64,000 bases of DNA from Octopus sinensis (Eukaryota), in the NCBI RefSeq assembly GCF_006345805.1, contig NC_043011.1, forward strand, positions 42,482,464 to 42,546,463, read 5' to 3'. Numbering within the stretch: the stretch's first letter is position 1; each line of letters begins with the position of its first letter. Below, piece by piece: positions 12,035 through 24,309 of the stretch. The notes below the pieces were generated by a model, which was not told the DNA's origin, made no database searches, and saw only the letters and a program-made list of their open reading frames with translations. The position numbers and the translations under genes were made by a program.

Positions 12035-12890
12035 TATATACATACATACATACATGCATATATATATATATATATATACACATATAGATATACATATATA
12101 TATATATATACATATAGATATACATATATATATATATACATATAGATATACATATATATATATATACACATATAGATATACATATATATATACATATAGA
12201 TATATATATATATATACATATAGATATACATATATATATACATATAGATATACATATATATATACATATAGATATACATATATATATACATATAGATATA
12301 CATATATATATACATATATATATACATATATATATACATATAGATATACATATAGATATATATATACATATAGATATACATATATATATACATATAGATA
12401 TATATATATATATAATATATATACATATAGATATACATATATATATATATATACATATAGATATACATACATATATATAAACATATAGATATACATACAT
12501 ATATACACACATATAGATATACATACACATATATACATACATATACACACACACACACATATATATACGTACACACATATACATACACACATACATATAT
12601 ACGTATGCATACATACATATGTACATACATACATATATACATACACATATATACATACACACACATATACATATATACATACACACACATATACATATAT
12701 ACATACACACACATATACACATACATATATACATACACACACATACATATATACATACACATGCATATACATACATGCGCGTATACATACACGCGCCTAT
12801 ACATACACATGCATACACAAGCATATACATAAACACGCATATACATAAACACGCATATACATACACACACATATACATATATACATAATA
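12035..12890. repeat. Higher-order TA/CA minisatellite (unit about 20-28 bp, CATATAGATATACATATATATATA), grading into CATATATACATACACA
   Basis: Direct reading. Confidence 0.9.
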
Positions 12891-12990
12891 TGGTAAATGA
12901 AAGATGGAAGAAGGAATATACGAAAATTTTATTAATGACGACAGTTGTTTTGACAACATCTAGCATCGATCCCTCACGGGTGGGACACTT
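12890..12990 (+). repeat. Unclassified repeat, inverted copy at 17713-17810
   Basis: AAATGAAAGATGGAA...GACAGTTGTTTTGACA...GATCCCTCAYGGGTGGGACACT shared. Confidence 0.7.
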
Positions 12991-13280
12991 ATCCTATCGG
13001 TTCTTTTGCCGAACTGCTAAGTTACAGGGATGTAAACACACAAGTATCGGTTGTCAAGCGATGTTCGGGTTAGGGTTGTTAAGCGATGTTAGAAGGACAA
13101 ACACATACACACATATATACGATGGGCTTCTTTCAGTTTCCGTCTACCAAATCCACTCACAAGGCATTGGTCGGCCCGGGGCTATAGCAGAAGACACTTG
13201 CCCAAGATGCCACGCAGTGGACTGAACCCAGAACCATGTGGTTGGTAGGCAAGCTACTTACCACACGGCCACTCTTGTGC
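12990..13280 (-). mobile_element. SINE family A, 3'-truncated
   Basis: Matches family A consensus. Confidence 0.8.
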
Positions 13281-13315
13281 CTGTTTACATTTTCACGTGT
13301 GTGTATGTGTAGTGA

Positions 13316-13615
13316 AGGTGTGTGGTTTAGTGATTAGGATACTCGGCCCACAATCATAAAGTGGCGAGTTCAATTCCCAGTGATGCTTTGTGTCCTTGAG
13401 CAAGACTCTTTATTTCATGTTGCTCCAGTTCACTCAGCTGGCAAAAATGAAATGTACCCGTAATTCAATGGGCCAGCCTTGTCACATTCTGTGTTATGCT
13501 GAATCTCCCTGAGAATAACGTTAAAGGTACACGTGTCTGAGGAGTACTCAGCCACTTATGTTAATTTCACAAGTAGGCTGTTCTGTTGATCAGGTCAACT
13601 GGCATCTTTGTAACC
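13316..13615 (+). mobile_element. SINE family D, diverged
   Basis: GGGCCAGCCTTGTCAC...GAGAATAACGTTAAAGGTACACGTGTCTG matches the 4905 copy. Confidence 0.75.
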
Positions 13616-13771
13616 CATGGAATACCAGTTAGTTTTGTGTGTGTGTGTGTGTGTGTGGTGTATACATAAACTCTCTCTCACACACACACATACATACACA
13701 ATCACTGACATACTTTCACATTCATATATATATATAAAAGATCTCAAATTTTATTTGATTTGCTTTTCGCA

Positions 13772-13985
13772 GGAAGGAAAGTTTCTATCGAAGATACGTC
13801 GCCTTCACCTTCGAAACATAGAGTAGATGAAACCATGGCGACTGAAGAAGGGATTTTTTCCTTGTGTTATTTGTCCTGTACTCTATTCTTTTTGTTGTTT
13901 AAAAAAAATGTCCAGTTCCTTGGGTTTTTGTCTATGTTTTCGTTTCTCATTGTGTTCAACGTTTTTTTTTTGGTGTCCTGTACTC
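13772..13985 (+). repeat. Possible Penelope-like pLTR fragment
   Basis: TTCGAAAC and CTGAAGAAGGGATTTTTTCC followed by a T-rich tail; resembles 7555/10636; weak. Confidence 0.3.
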
Positions 13986-14059
13986 ATATATGCGTGTATA
14001 TATACATGTAGAGGTAGGTACGTACCTATATGTATATATGCATATGTTTTATTTATTTA

Positions 14060-14097
<38 letters not shown>

Positions 14098-14303
14098 CAC
14101 ATACACATACATACACCAGCCACCTACTCTATAACTGACTCTCATAAACAAGCTTGCCTCTCACTTCTCTCTCTCCTCCCGCCCCCTTTCTCCCTTCCTT
14201 CACTCCTTGTGATTCATTCACTCAAAGTCAATGGAGCTGAACATGGAATAACCATCATGAATGAAGCCACAATGAAATGACAATTCAGAGTTAAGTCCCT
14301 TTG

Positions 14304-14350
<47 letters not shown>

Positions 14351-14402
14351 ACAACTGGAAAAAGTGGTATATGTGTGTGTGTATGACCCGAACTGACCTT
14401 AC

Positions 14403-14481
14403 CAGTCTGGGTCAGTTTGCAGAGGCTGTGTTGAAGCCACTCCTCAAACAAATTAAGTTCTTTTAAATTATCTGAATTCTT
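14403..14481 (-). CDS. Candidate exon C (79 nt, phase 0 to 1)
   Basis: cattcatttgtatttctaag|AAGAATTCA...CAGACTG|gtaagg; the only open frame reads KNSDNLKELNLFEEWLQHSLCKLTQT. Confidence 0.55.
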
Positions 14482-16510
14482 CTTAGAAATACAAATGAAT
14501 GAATGAATGAATGAATGAATGAATGTGTGTGTGTGTGTGTGTGGCTATAATGAATGTTTTTAGTATTTGAATATATGTTTTTACTTGAATGTGTGAATGC
14601 TTGTATGTGTTCAAATCCTAAACATCATCATCATCACCATTCATGCTGGCATTGAATGATGATGTCTAGGATCTGAACATACACACACACACAGATACAC
14701 ATTCACATACTAACAACATTTGTAATGTAAATAGCTCATTAGCTAACAAGGTATAATTGTCTCGAATGATCGCATCTAATTATGTCAGCTACAACCATAC
14801 ATTCTACTACAGAATATATCTACAGAGTTTAGCCGACCTTTTTGTTTGGATCCTTCACCTTTTGCACACAGCACTCACCCATGCATACAATGCATTACAA
14901 TATACACAAAGCCTGTACTTGATCAAAAACTATACAACTACCTGGGTATATTCTCACCTTACTGAACACAGTGGTGACTCACATGACTGACTGTGATTAT
15001 GTGATCATTCAGACAGATTACATGTCACAACAAATGTATCAAACAAAAATATTATATATCTCTTCCTTCTGTTTATTGTATGTCTCATTGCAGCTGGTGA
15101 CTTTTGTTTACAAACTCATGCTGACTGAGCATGGCTTAGGGTTCAAATAACCCGAGAAACTTAGAAGTTGACTGCACTCATTGTAAAAGCAAGTCAGCAG
15201 CACTTGTTGTCTAAGCTGGTTGCACTTGTCAAAGCTGAATGCACTCATTATTAAAACCCTGCTGCACTCATTTTTGAAGCCAGCTGTACTTGTAGAAGAT
15301 AGCTGCATTCATAGAATGCCAGGTGCAGTCACAATCACTGGACGGTAAGGTGCAACATTGATTGGAACTCCTGTTCCAAACAGCCCTCAAAATCCCATGT
15401 AGCTGGGAAGCAAACTTCTTACCATGTAGCCACCGTGCCTGTGCCTATATATGCAATATTTGGAATGTTCACAACATGCACTATGCTTTCGCTAATTCTT
15501 TTTAGGTGCCTGTGTAATTATGGGAGGACATAGGCACCCTCTCTTAGCCCTCTTACTGTGTCGACCCACTGGCACATCTGGGATGTGACAGCTGAAGCGA
15601 GACAAAGTTGCATTACAGCCGCATAGACAAAAGCAACATGAAATGAAGTGCCTTGCCCAAGGACACAATTACTGCCTGGTCCAGAATTGAACTCAACTTT
15701 ATGAGCATGAGCCGAATGCCTTTACCATTAGGCCATATAAAGGACTTACATCACTTTGAGCAGATAGCGAAAAATTCTGTGGGTATATAACATATAGCTG
15801 CGGTGTGTAGATATGCTGTGTAGGACAATAGTCCACTGTACAGTTTACAGGTGTGGACACAGGAGTTGATCTGAGTCAATCAATTAGAGGTTATGTTTAA
15901 GTCTTGTAGCATGACAACAGTTTAGTATTATTCAAAAGCACATTTGTGGAAATGTCTTAATGACGTGATATCCAACTGTGAAGCCATGTTGTTATTTAGC
16001 ATTGGTGAGAGATAGTAGAGAGACATTTACAAACATACCACTGTTTGTCAGGTCCTTCAATGCTTGTTAATGTTGGCAGTAAAGAAGCAGCTATCAGTAG
16101 TCCAGTCTTTGGTCAACCATATTTTCGCTGATCACGACAGTGACATTCACAACCAGCAATAGTCTCATTCAAGTTGTTTGCAGAATATTTTAACAATTTA
16201 TTTTTTTCTGTGAGATTTTCATTATTTCATGGGTTCGTATTCAGAATACATTTATCAAAACTTAGCTGCTTTATTAGTATAACAATTTTCCCACAATGGG
16301 AATGCTATACACTTTCCACTAGGCGTATATGACCAGCAGAAAGAGTGAGACTATAAAGCTATATTGTTGCAGTTAGGACTCTGACGACTTAAAGTCTTAA
16401 ACATTAGAATATTAAGTAAGAAGTACTGTGCCTTCACATTGTACTTGATTATGAATTTGAAGAAAATAAGTGGTGGTACATATTTCTAAAGGTCACTTCA
16501 ATAAACTTAC

Positions 16511-16514
16511 TCTC
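16511..16514 (-). CDS. Candidate 4-nt microexon B (GAGA)
   Basis: ccctaatatttgtctcttttgtttgcag|GAGA|gtaagt; bridges phase 2 of exon A to phase 0 of exon C. Confidence 0.5.
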
Positions 16515-16786
16515 CTGCAAACAAAAGAGACAAATATTAGGGTGCCATGAGGAGAAGAGTAGCTCTGGGTCCACTGATGCCTTGTGAGGAATTTGGAAGA
16601 TGGAAACTGTATGAGTGCACAAATATGCATGAATACTGAATTCCAAACTTGTCACTAATGAAGTGAAGCGATGGTGATGTTGGCACTGCTTGTTCATATG
16701 ACAGGAGGGCATTGTGCTTTTGAAGGCTAGTTGAATAAAAAAAAAGCCAACCCACTCCCAAATCTTTCATGTCATGCAGGCATGGC

Positions 16787-17125
16787 TGTGCGGTTAAGAA
16801 GTACACTTTGTAATCCATTATTATCTACTGTAGCCCTGAGCCAACTAATGCCTTGGGAGTGGGAAATGGAAACTGTGTGGAAGCCTGTTATACACACACA
16901 CATGAGTATATATCTATATATCTATGTTTGCTGTTCCCCTCCGCTTAACAATCAGTCTTAGTTTATTTACATTCTCATAACTTAGCGATTCAACAAAACA
17001 GATTGATAGAATAAGTACCAGACTTGAACAAATAAGTACTGGGATCGATATGTGTGACTAAATCCTTCAAGGCAGTACCCCAGCATGGGCACAGCCCAAA
17101 GACTGAAGCAAGTAAAAGATAAAAG
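16787..17125 (+). mobile_element. SINE family A, diverged
   Basis: Head GGCATGGCTGTGCGGTTAAG; tail CAGCATGGGCACAG...CAAGTAAAAGATAAAAG. Confidence 0.7.
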
Positions 17126-17434
17126 AGGAAGAATGGTAAAGGTTGTTGACGGGAAGAACATCCAGCTGTAAAATTCTGCCTCAAATAACTTCTCATCCAA
17201 GTTCATGTTAGCATGGGAAAACAGACATTGAACATGGTGGGAATGAATTTTGAATAACCGTTAACATTAATTTAATTTACTTAGAGGTATGGATGACTTC
17301 AGTTTACTTTTTAACCTCTCCATTCTTACAAACACCAAATAGATAGCTCAGTCGCTTTGTGATCGTGAGTGTACCAAACCTCATGTGTGCATGCTCACAT
17401 TTTCGTGGATGCTTGTGTGAGTGAGTGTACTCAC

Positions 17435-17600
17435 ACCATGCAGCTTGCTCGAGGGTATTTATGCATCCATATTTGATAACAGTTATTTTTAATACTTTTC
17501 TCACTGGATTGCACATTCATTTCTCTTTTTGCCATCTATGATTTTATTTTGGATCTTCTATATAAATGGAGATATTTCCTCTGTCTTGCTACTTTTCTTT
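17435..17600 (-). CDS. Candidate exon A (ATG at 17535; ends in phase 2)
   Basis: ctagcttcttgttttgtag|AAAG...GCATGGT|gtgagt; MAKREMNVQSSEKSIKNNCYQIWMHKYPRASCM; in-frame TAG directly before the ATG. Confidence 0.45.
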
Positions 17601-17847
17601 CTACAAAACAAGAAGCTAGATTGCGGAACAGTTATTCTAATGAGTTGTATCTACTTATCACCCGACAAGATACATCAGCGCTGCCAGATGCTCCTGAACC
17701 AGTTGTTGAGTGTCCCACCCATGAGGGATCAATGCCAAATGTGTCAAAACAACTGTCATGATTAATAATAAATTATCACATTCCATCTTTCATTTGGCAT
17801 ATATATATAAATATACATATATATGCATGTATATATGTATTTACACA

Positions 17848-17892
<45 letters not shown>

Positions 17893-17901
17893 ATGTATGT
17901 G

Positions 17902-17941
<40 letters not shown>

Positions 17942-17992
17942 TGTGTGTGTGTATATGTATATGGGTATATTCTTTTGTTTTTGAAATTATTT

Positions 17993-18040
17993 TTCATCTG
18001 ATGATTACAGTCTTTTGGTGTATGAAACAGCTGTAAGGAG
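17993..18040 (+). ncRNA. Minimal hammerhead ribozyme motif, intact core
   Basis: CTGATGA(17998)-T-TACA...TGTA-T-GAAAC-AGCT-GTA; stem I 4 of 5 pairs; palindromic stem III. Confidence 0.55.
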
Positions 18041-18532
18041 CTGACAATTATCCATTGTTAGTTATTATTCATTTGATTATGATACACCTTTGGGATTTAC
18101 AACACATCGGACACCCTGGAGTATACCAACAATGTACAATTAACACAACACTAAATACTCATAGGGTTGGTTTTCTCTGTGTACACAACCGGAATATCCT
18201 ATTTGATATTAATCAACCATTGGCAGTGACCACAGGTTTATCCAATCCCACCTGGTGCTGGTGCATATCTTTTTCAAGTACCCAATTCTATCTGAATCCT
18301 TATTATTATTTATGTGCGTGTGTGTGTGTGTGTGTGCATGTGAGTGGTTGGATGTGCTTGGCATGCAACACTTAAATCATTAAAGTTTCAGCTTTAATCA
18401 ATGTTAATCATGTTAAACTCCCACCACTGGTCGTACACAAGGGTCCTCTGCAGTCAAAGGTAGGCTGTGATATAACACGAAGGACACAGCAATAAGAAGA
18501 GCAAAAGACTATGGGCATACTCTTTTTTCTCT

Positions 18533-18940
18533 ACTCTCTTTACTCTTTTACTTGTTTCAGTCATTTGACTGCGGCCGTGCTGGAGCACCGCCTTTAATCG
18601 AGCAGCTTGACCCCGGGACTTATTCTTTTGTAAGCCCAGTACTTATTCTATCGGTCTCTTTTTGCCGAACTGCTAAGTAACGGGGACATAAACACACCAG
18701 CATCGGTTGTCAAGCAATGCTAGGGGGACAAACACAGACACACAAACACACATATATATATATATATACATATATACGACGGGCTTCTTTCAGTTTCCGT
18801 CTACCAAATCCACTCACAAGGCTTTGGTCGGCCCGAGGCTATAGTAGAAGACACTAACCCAAGGTGCCACACAGTAGGACTGAACCCGGAACCATGTGGT
18901 TGGTAAACAAGCTACTTACCACACAGCCACTCCTGTGCCT
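18533..18940 (-). mobile_element. SINE family A, full length
   Basis: Head, CORE-like segment, (TA)/(CA) insert, (AAAGAGT)n tail. Confidence 0.9.
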
Positions 18941-19011
18941 ATATGTATAAAAGAAAAGAAAATGGAGGCTGGGAAGTTAATAATTGTTTATTAAAAACAA
19001 ATTAATCATCA

Positions 19012-19097
19012 TTCCTTACAGCTGTTTCGATTAATACTCTGTGAATATTAACTAAATATTATATTCATATGACCTGAGCATAATATCTTCAGAGGGG
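19012..19097 (-). ncRNA. Minimal hammerhead ribozyme motif, intact core, long stem II
   Basis: Minus strand ccct-CTGAAGA-tattatgctc...gagtattaatc-GAAAC-AGCT-GTA-agg. Confidence 0.55.
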
Positions 19098-19729
19098 AAA
19101 AAATATACCCTTGAATGTTTTATAGATTCATTATAGCAGGGTGAGGGGGTTTGCAGATTGAAGAAAGAAAGAGAGAGAGAGAGAGAAAAAAAATTTCTAC
19201 TGCTTTTCATTCTAAGAAAATATTAGTGGCCTCAATGAAATTATTGGAGCTTTTATTTTCTTTTCTTCTTAAACCTATAAACCCAAACTGGGTCAGTGAC
19301 TCACTAACTTTAACCTCTCGGTTAATACAAGTTATTTGACAATTTGGTTTGGTTTTTGTTGATCACTTAACAAATACTATCAGTTATCTCAGCCACCACC
19401 TACTCCCACTCCACCGTCAAGCATACACACACACACACACACACACCCAGACAATACAATCAAGTTCCTTCCAAAAAGGAGGGAATTATGAGGAAGGGAG
19501 AAGCTGCTGTGATGAAGCAGATAAACTCTCTACCCAGATATCTATAACCACCCTGGTGCTTACCTTACACATCTAAGACAGGTAAAACCCCATGCCCCTA
19601 CCTATCAAGCTTGCCTACCACCACTACATTCACTGATAACAAAGTTGTGGAAACCAAACAGCTGTCTCTAATCCATAAGAACAGTTCTAATACAACAGCT
19701 CATACATAGATACACAAACACACACGCAC

Positions 19730-19764
<35 letters not shown>

Positions 19765-19765
<1 letters not shown>

Positions 19766-20158
19766 TAGCAGTATCGCCCGGCGTTGCTCGGGTTTGTAAG
19801 GGAAATAACTATATAAGCATTTTTAGAGATGTAAAGTACAAAGCCATCTCAATATGGCTAACCACAAAAGGGGGTGTTACTGTAGCTTTTTACGTTCTGA
19901 GATTTAATAATAAATTTTTAGAGAGTTACTTCCCTTATATATGTCAAAAATGCATTAAAAATGGGAAAAATTGATGGTAAATATTTTTTTAAATCGTAGA
20001 CTCATCGTAGACGCGCGCTAATACCCAGAAGGGCTCGATATGAATCACGACTATAAGATACCCGGTTTTAGTTAAACTGCACCACAAAATGTGGGAGTAG
20101 TTAGGAATCTAAATCATAGGAGACAGACAGCACACAACCTCACTTTTATATATAAAGA
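19765..20158 (-). mobile_element. Non-autonomous Helitron
   Basis: 5' TC, 3' hairpin CCCGAGCAACGCCGGG, terminal CTAG, inserted between A and T. Confidence 0.85.
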
Positions 20159-20177
20159 TATACAGATACACATGCAT

Positions 20178-20209
<32 letters not shown>

Positions 20210-20336
20210 CACTCATACATGCCCACATACGCATGAGCGCATTCATATCGATGTATACATCATCATCATCGTCTTAATGTACATTTTTCCATGCTTGTGT
20301 GGGTCAGATGGAATTTGTTGAGTCAGTTTTTGTCTA

Positions 20337-20944
20337 CTAGCAGAGGTACCTGGCGTTGCTCGGGATTAAAATGACATGGTTTTTTTTTTATTCCTTTACT
20401 TGTTTCAGTCATTTGGCTGTGGCCATGCAGGAGCATTGCCTTTAGTTGAACAGAAAGAAAGAGGGAAAGAATGATATAAATAAAAAAGGAGGGAGAAAGA
20501 ACGAAAGAAAGAAGAGAAAGTGGGAGGGAGAAAGAAAGAAAGGAAGGAAGGAAGGAAGGAAAGAGAGAAAGAAAAAGGGAGAAAAAAGGAAGGAAAGAAA
20601 ACAGACTAAAAGAGAGGAATTGTTACAGAGAGAGAGAGCGAGGGGGAGAGAGAGAGAGAAAGAGAGAGAATATATATATATAAGCAACAGAAACAGAGAA
20701 TGAAAAAAGGGAGAGAATCAATTGAAAACTACAGTTTTTAGAGAAAAAAACCTGTGTAAAACCCCTTTTCCCCCTGATTTCTCACTTTACGCGGGAGCTC
20801 TGGGCAATGAATTATAGTGCATGACCATCTTTGGCACATAAGTAATGTGTGTGTAAAGTTTGGTGAAAATCAGTTGAAAACTGTAGAAATGCATATTACA
20901 CACACAGACACACACATAAACATACTTTGTTTTATATATATAGA
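20337..20944 (-). mobile_element. Related Helitron-like element interrupted by a SINE fragment and a GA-rich tract
   Basis: CTAG end with CCCGAGCAACGCCAGG hairpin; other end TCTATATATATAAAAC. Confidence 0.5.
20450..20715. repeat. Polypurine (GA/GAA) tract
   Basis: Direct reading. Confidence 0.85.
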
Positions 20945-21387
20945 CAGCTAGATTCCTTTCTAACCCTCACCTGTTCCCAAGCAAGGTAAAATTTACTTTG
21001 CATTAAAACATTTCTCACAGTGGACATGTTTCCATGGGCAAGTGTCTTCTACTATAGCCTCGGGCTGACCGAAGCCTTGTGAGTGGATTTGGTTGACAGA
21101 AACTGAAAGAAGCCCGTCGTGTATATATATATATATATATATATATAACTGATAGAATAGGTACTAGGCTTACAAAGGGTAAGTCCTGGGGTCGATTTGA
21201 TCAACTGAAGGCTGTGCTCCAGCATAACCACAGTCAAATGACTGAAACAAATAAAAGAATATATATACACATACACATCTGCATGTGAGTGCATGTGTGT
21301 GTGTAAGTATATATATATATAGATAGCTGTCTGTTATTGTACCGTATGTACTTACAGACACTCACATAATTCTACCTGTCTTTACAG

Positions 21388-21445
21388 ATGTAACTGCAAC
21401 TGCGGAGGTGTCTGGTTTGAATTGAATACAGTGAAACAGGGATGG
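21388..21445 (+). CDS. Possible plus-strand exon (58 nt)
   Basis: ttctacctgtctttacag|ATGTAAC...GGATGG|gtcagt; one open frame, CNCNCGGVWFELNTVKQGW. Confidence 0.3.
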
Positions 21446-22249
21446 GTCAGTTAGATAAGTGTGTGTGAGAGAGAGAGAGAGAGAGAGTGTGTGTGTAGTA
21501 GGGTGGGAAGAGTAAGAGGGATAAGTATTTCCTTTCAAGAATTGAATTGAGATGAACAGTTAAACTGTCTGTGGGAGTGAGTATGTATGCATGTGTGTGT
21601 GAGAGAGAAAGAGAGAGGGGGCAGTGTATGTGAAATGTGTGTATATGTGAGGTAACTATGTGTGTGTATATGGTTGCTGTTGTTTATTTCTGATCTAACT
21701 TTGATCCAGTAGATCTACAATCAAAGGCATTCCACTCATAACCATCCCTTCTTTTATTTTCGTATCTAGGTCTAAGTTACCTAATGTATTCTTCCTTTTT
21801 CTGCTTAATATAGGGGATTGTGATTTTAGTGACATTTCATTGCTATTCTTAACATACTGAGTGACCACAGGAAATTTCTCCTCCATTGGTTTGTATATGG
21901 AAAGCAATTTGTGTACGTGTGTATGCGTATAAGTACTTATGAACCTTCCCATCTCATCTCAACACGAAAAGCTTACATGGGAAGGTTTGTGAATACCTAT
22001 ACAATCAAAGTTTACTTGCAATCACTCCCACTCTCTTCATCACATTGGTATACCACCATGACCACCACCACCACCACTCAATAGACTGCGGCCATGCTGG
22101 GGCACTGCCTTGAAGAATTTTAGTTGAACAAATCAACCCCATTACTTATTCCTTTTAAGATGGGCACATATGCTATCAGCCACTTTTTGCCGAACTGGTA
22201 AGTTATCAGGATGTAAACAAACCAGTATTAGTTGTCAAGTGATGATGTC

Positions 22250-22676
22250 ATTCCACACTTTCTCATCCATGGTGCTGCCCGAGGTCAAAGTGCTGCGACT
22301 TCAGGTTTTCCTCTACTTGTTTCACTCATATCTTCTTTGGTGCACTGTAATTAAATTCTCCAGTGTGTGGGTTGCTACCGTTTGATAGTTTTCCAGTGCT
22401 TATCCTGCAGATGCAGCCGAACCACTGTAGCCTGCGCTGCCGGACTTGATCCCCATTGGTTGGCTGCAGCTGGCATTGATTGAAGAAGTTTTGTTGTTTG
22501 AGATTCGGTTGCATGGAGAGACAGCAAGGATCTAACAAACACTGCATTTGGAACACTTACAGCTTGTTCAGATCCTGTTTGAGGATGGTCCAGGTCTCAG
22601 CACAGTAGAGGACAAGCAGAACTAACATGTGGAAAAGATGGGTTTTGGTCCTCAGGGAGATGTAGGGCTTCAGTCC
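22250..22676 (-). mobile_element. RTE-clade LINE, ORF C-terminal remnant
   Basis: ISLRTKTHLF...LYCAETWT...VFQMQCL...VRQRRLQWFGCICR. Confidence 0.8.
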
Positions 22677-23081
22677 TCAGTCAAATCGTCCAACCCATGC
22701 TAGCATGGAAAGCGGACATTAAACAACGATGATGATGATGATATATATATATCCTATCATAAATTTGAGTGATGTTTCTTTGCTACATGTTTATGTTCAT
22801 TAACTCCTCCTAGACTGTTGGTACAAGGACAATGAAACTCAAACCACCAACTCCCCTAATCCCAGGGAATGTTCTAAGGGTGTCTATTTTTTTAAGGGCT
22901 ACCTAACAATAACTACAAAGCAGATTAGAGTAAATCTGCTCTTTAAGACCAACAGGTGACAGACACATTTCAGTCTTATCAGACCTTCACAGTGAAACCT
23001 ACAAACCTATTCTACTCAGTCAGTAAAGACAAAAGAGTGATCAATATATATATGTGTGTGTATATATATATATTATGATTA

Positions 23082-23308
23082 GGCGGTGAGCTGGCAGAAA
23101 CATTAGCATGCTGGGCGAAATGCATAGCCGTATTTTGTCTGCCGTTACGTTCTGAGTTCAAATTCCACTGAGGTCGACTTTGCCTTTCATCCTTTCTCGA
23201 TAAATTAAATACCAGTTACACACTGGGGTTGATGTAATCGACTTAAGCCGTTTGTCTGTCCTTGTTTGTCCTCTCTGTGTTTGGCCCCTCGTGGGTAGTA
23301 AAGAAATA
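23082..23308 (+). mobile_element. SINE family B
   Basis: Matches the 213-443 copy. Confidence 0.88.
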
Positions 23309-24309
23309 TATATATATATATATTATCATTATTATTATTATTAGTAGTAGTAGTAATCTTCATCCCCATTATCTGTAGCACATCAGCAATAGTTGGAATT
23401 AGAAGATCCACCACCACCACCACCAACATGAATACCACCAGAATTTCTATGACACAGCAACATTCTTACAATAGAAGAAAGAGAAAAGAAAACAAAGGAA
23501 GAACTGTAGAGCCATTTCAATCTGGCTTCAAGTACAAACAGCAGCAGCAGCAATAAAGCCACAACAACACCAACAACACCACAAACAACAACAACAACAA
23601 CAGTGTTTCTAAACTGTGGACCCAAGAGTGGTACATGGACCTCAAGCACCATTCCAGTGGCCTCAGACATTTTAAACTGTCTTTAAATAAAATAAATACT
23701 TCTTTAATTGATTTCTGTTTTAAAGTTTTTGGCACCCCCACCCCAGGTTTTGGATCCAGCCCAGATTTAAAAAAAAACAAACTAAGAACCATTGTTCTGT
23801 AGAGTCACTCAACTGGCAAGAAAGAACAGCCAAAATCTTCTGACTACACTAAAAAAAATCTTAAAAATGTAAAAAGATACATTGAATAATGTAGTGATGG
23901 TCATGGTGGGAACATCTTTAATTAGAGGTCTGCTTGATTAAGGCTGACCCAGGGTTAAACGACAGGAAGTGACATTAACAGTATCACCTTCACTAACAAG
24001 AAGTCAATTGACCTGCTAGAAATAGCAACCAAATCTTCCTCAAATCACTTGATTATCTTTAAAAAAAAACATACAGGATAATGTGGTAGTTGATACATTT
24101 GTTTGGAAAACAGATGGAGTGGTCATAGCTGGAACCCTGTACTATACTACAGGTTACACTTTACTAATAAATTCTTCAACACATTACACATTTAGTATTT
24201 ACCACCACCACCACCACCACTACTACAGCCACCTCCACCACCACCATGCCAAAGCACACAATTCGCTATACTACACCACTCTGTGCCTTAAATTGTCCAC
24301 TACACTGGA

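Noticed and set aside
11926-12966. ORFs of 253-346 aa
   Set aside because: Translations of TA/CA arrays (YIYM, VCVY repeats) that lack stops by composition
15760-16440. Possible decayed DNA transposon
   Set aside because: Coding-like but stop-ridden; no diagnostic motif or paired TIRs identified
17483-17761. Plus-strand 93-codon exon-like ORF resembling a membrane protein tail
   Set aside because: Its 3' part is a repeat also present at 12940-12990, and its 5' part is antisense to the better-supported exon A
21695-21952. 85-aa ORF with RKRK motif, pogo/Tigger-like?
   Set aside because: No HTH or DDE continuation and no TIRs found
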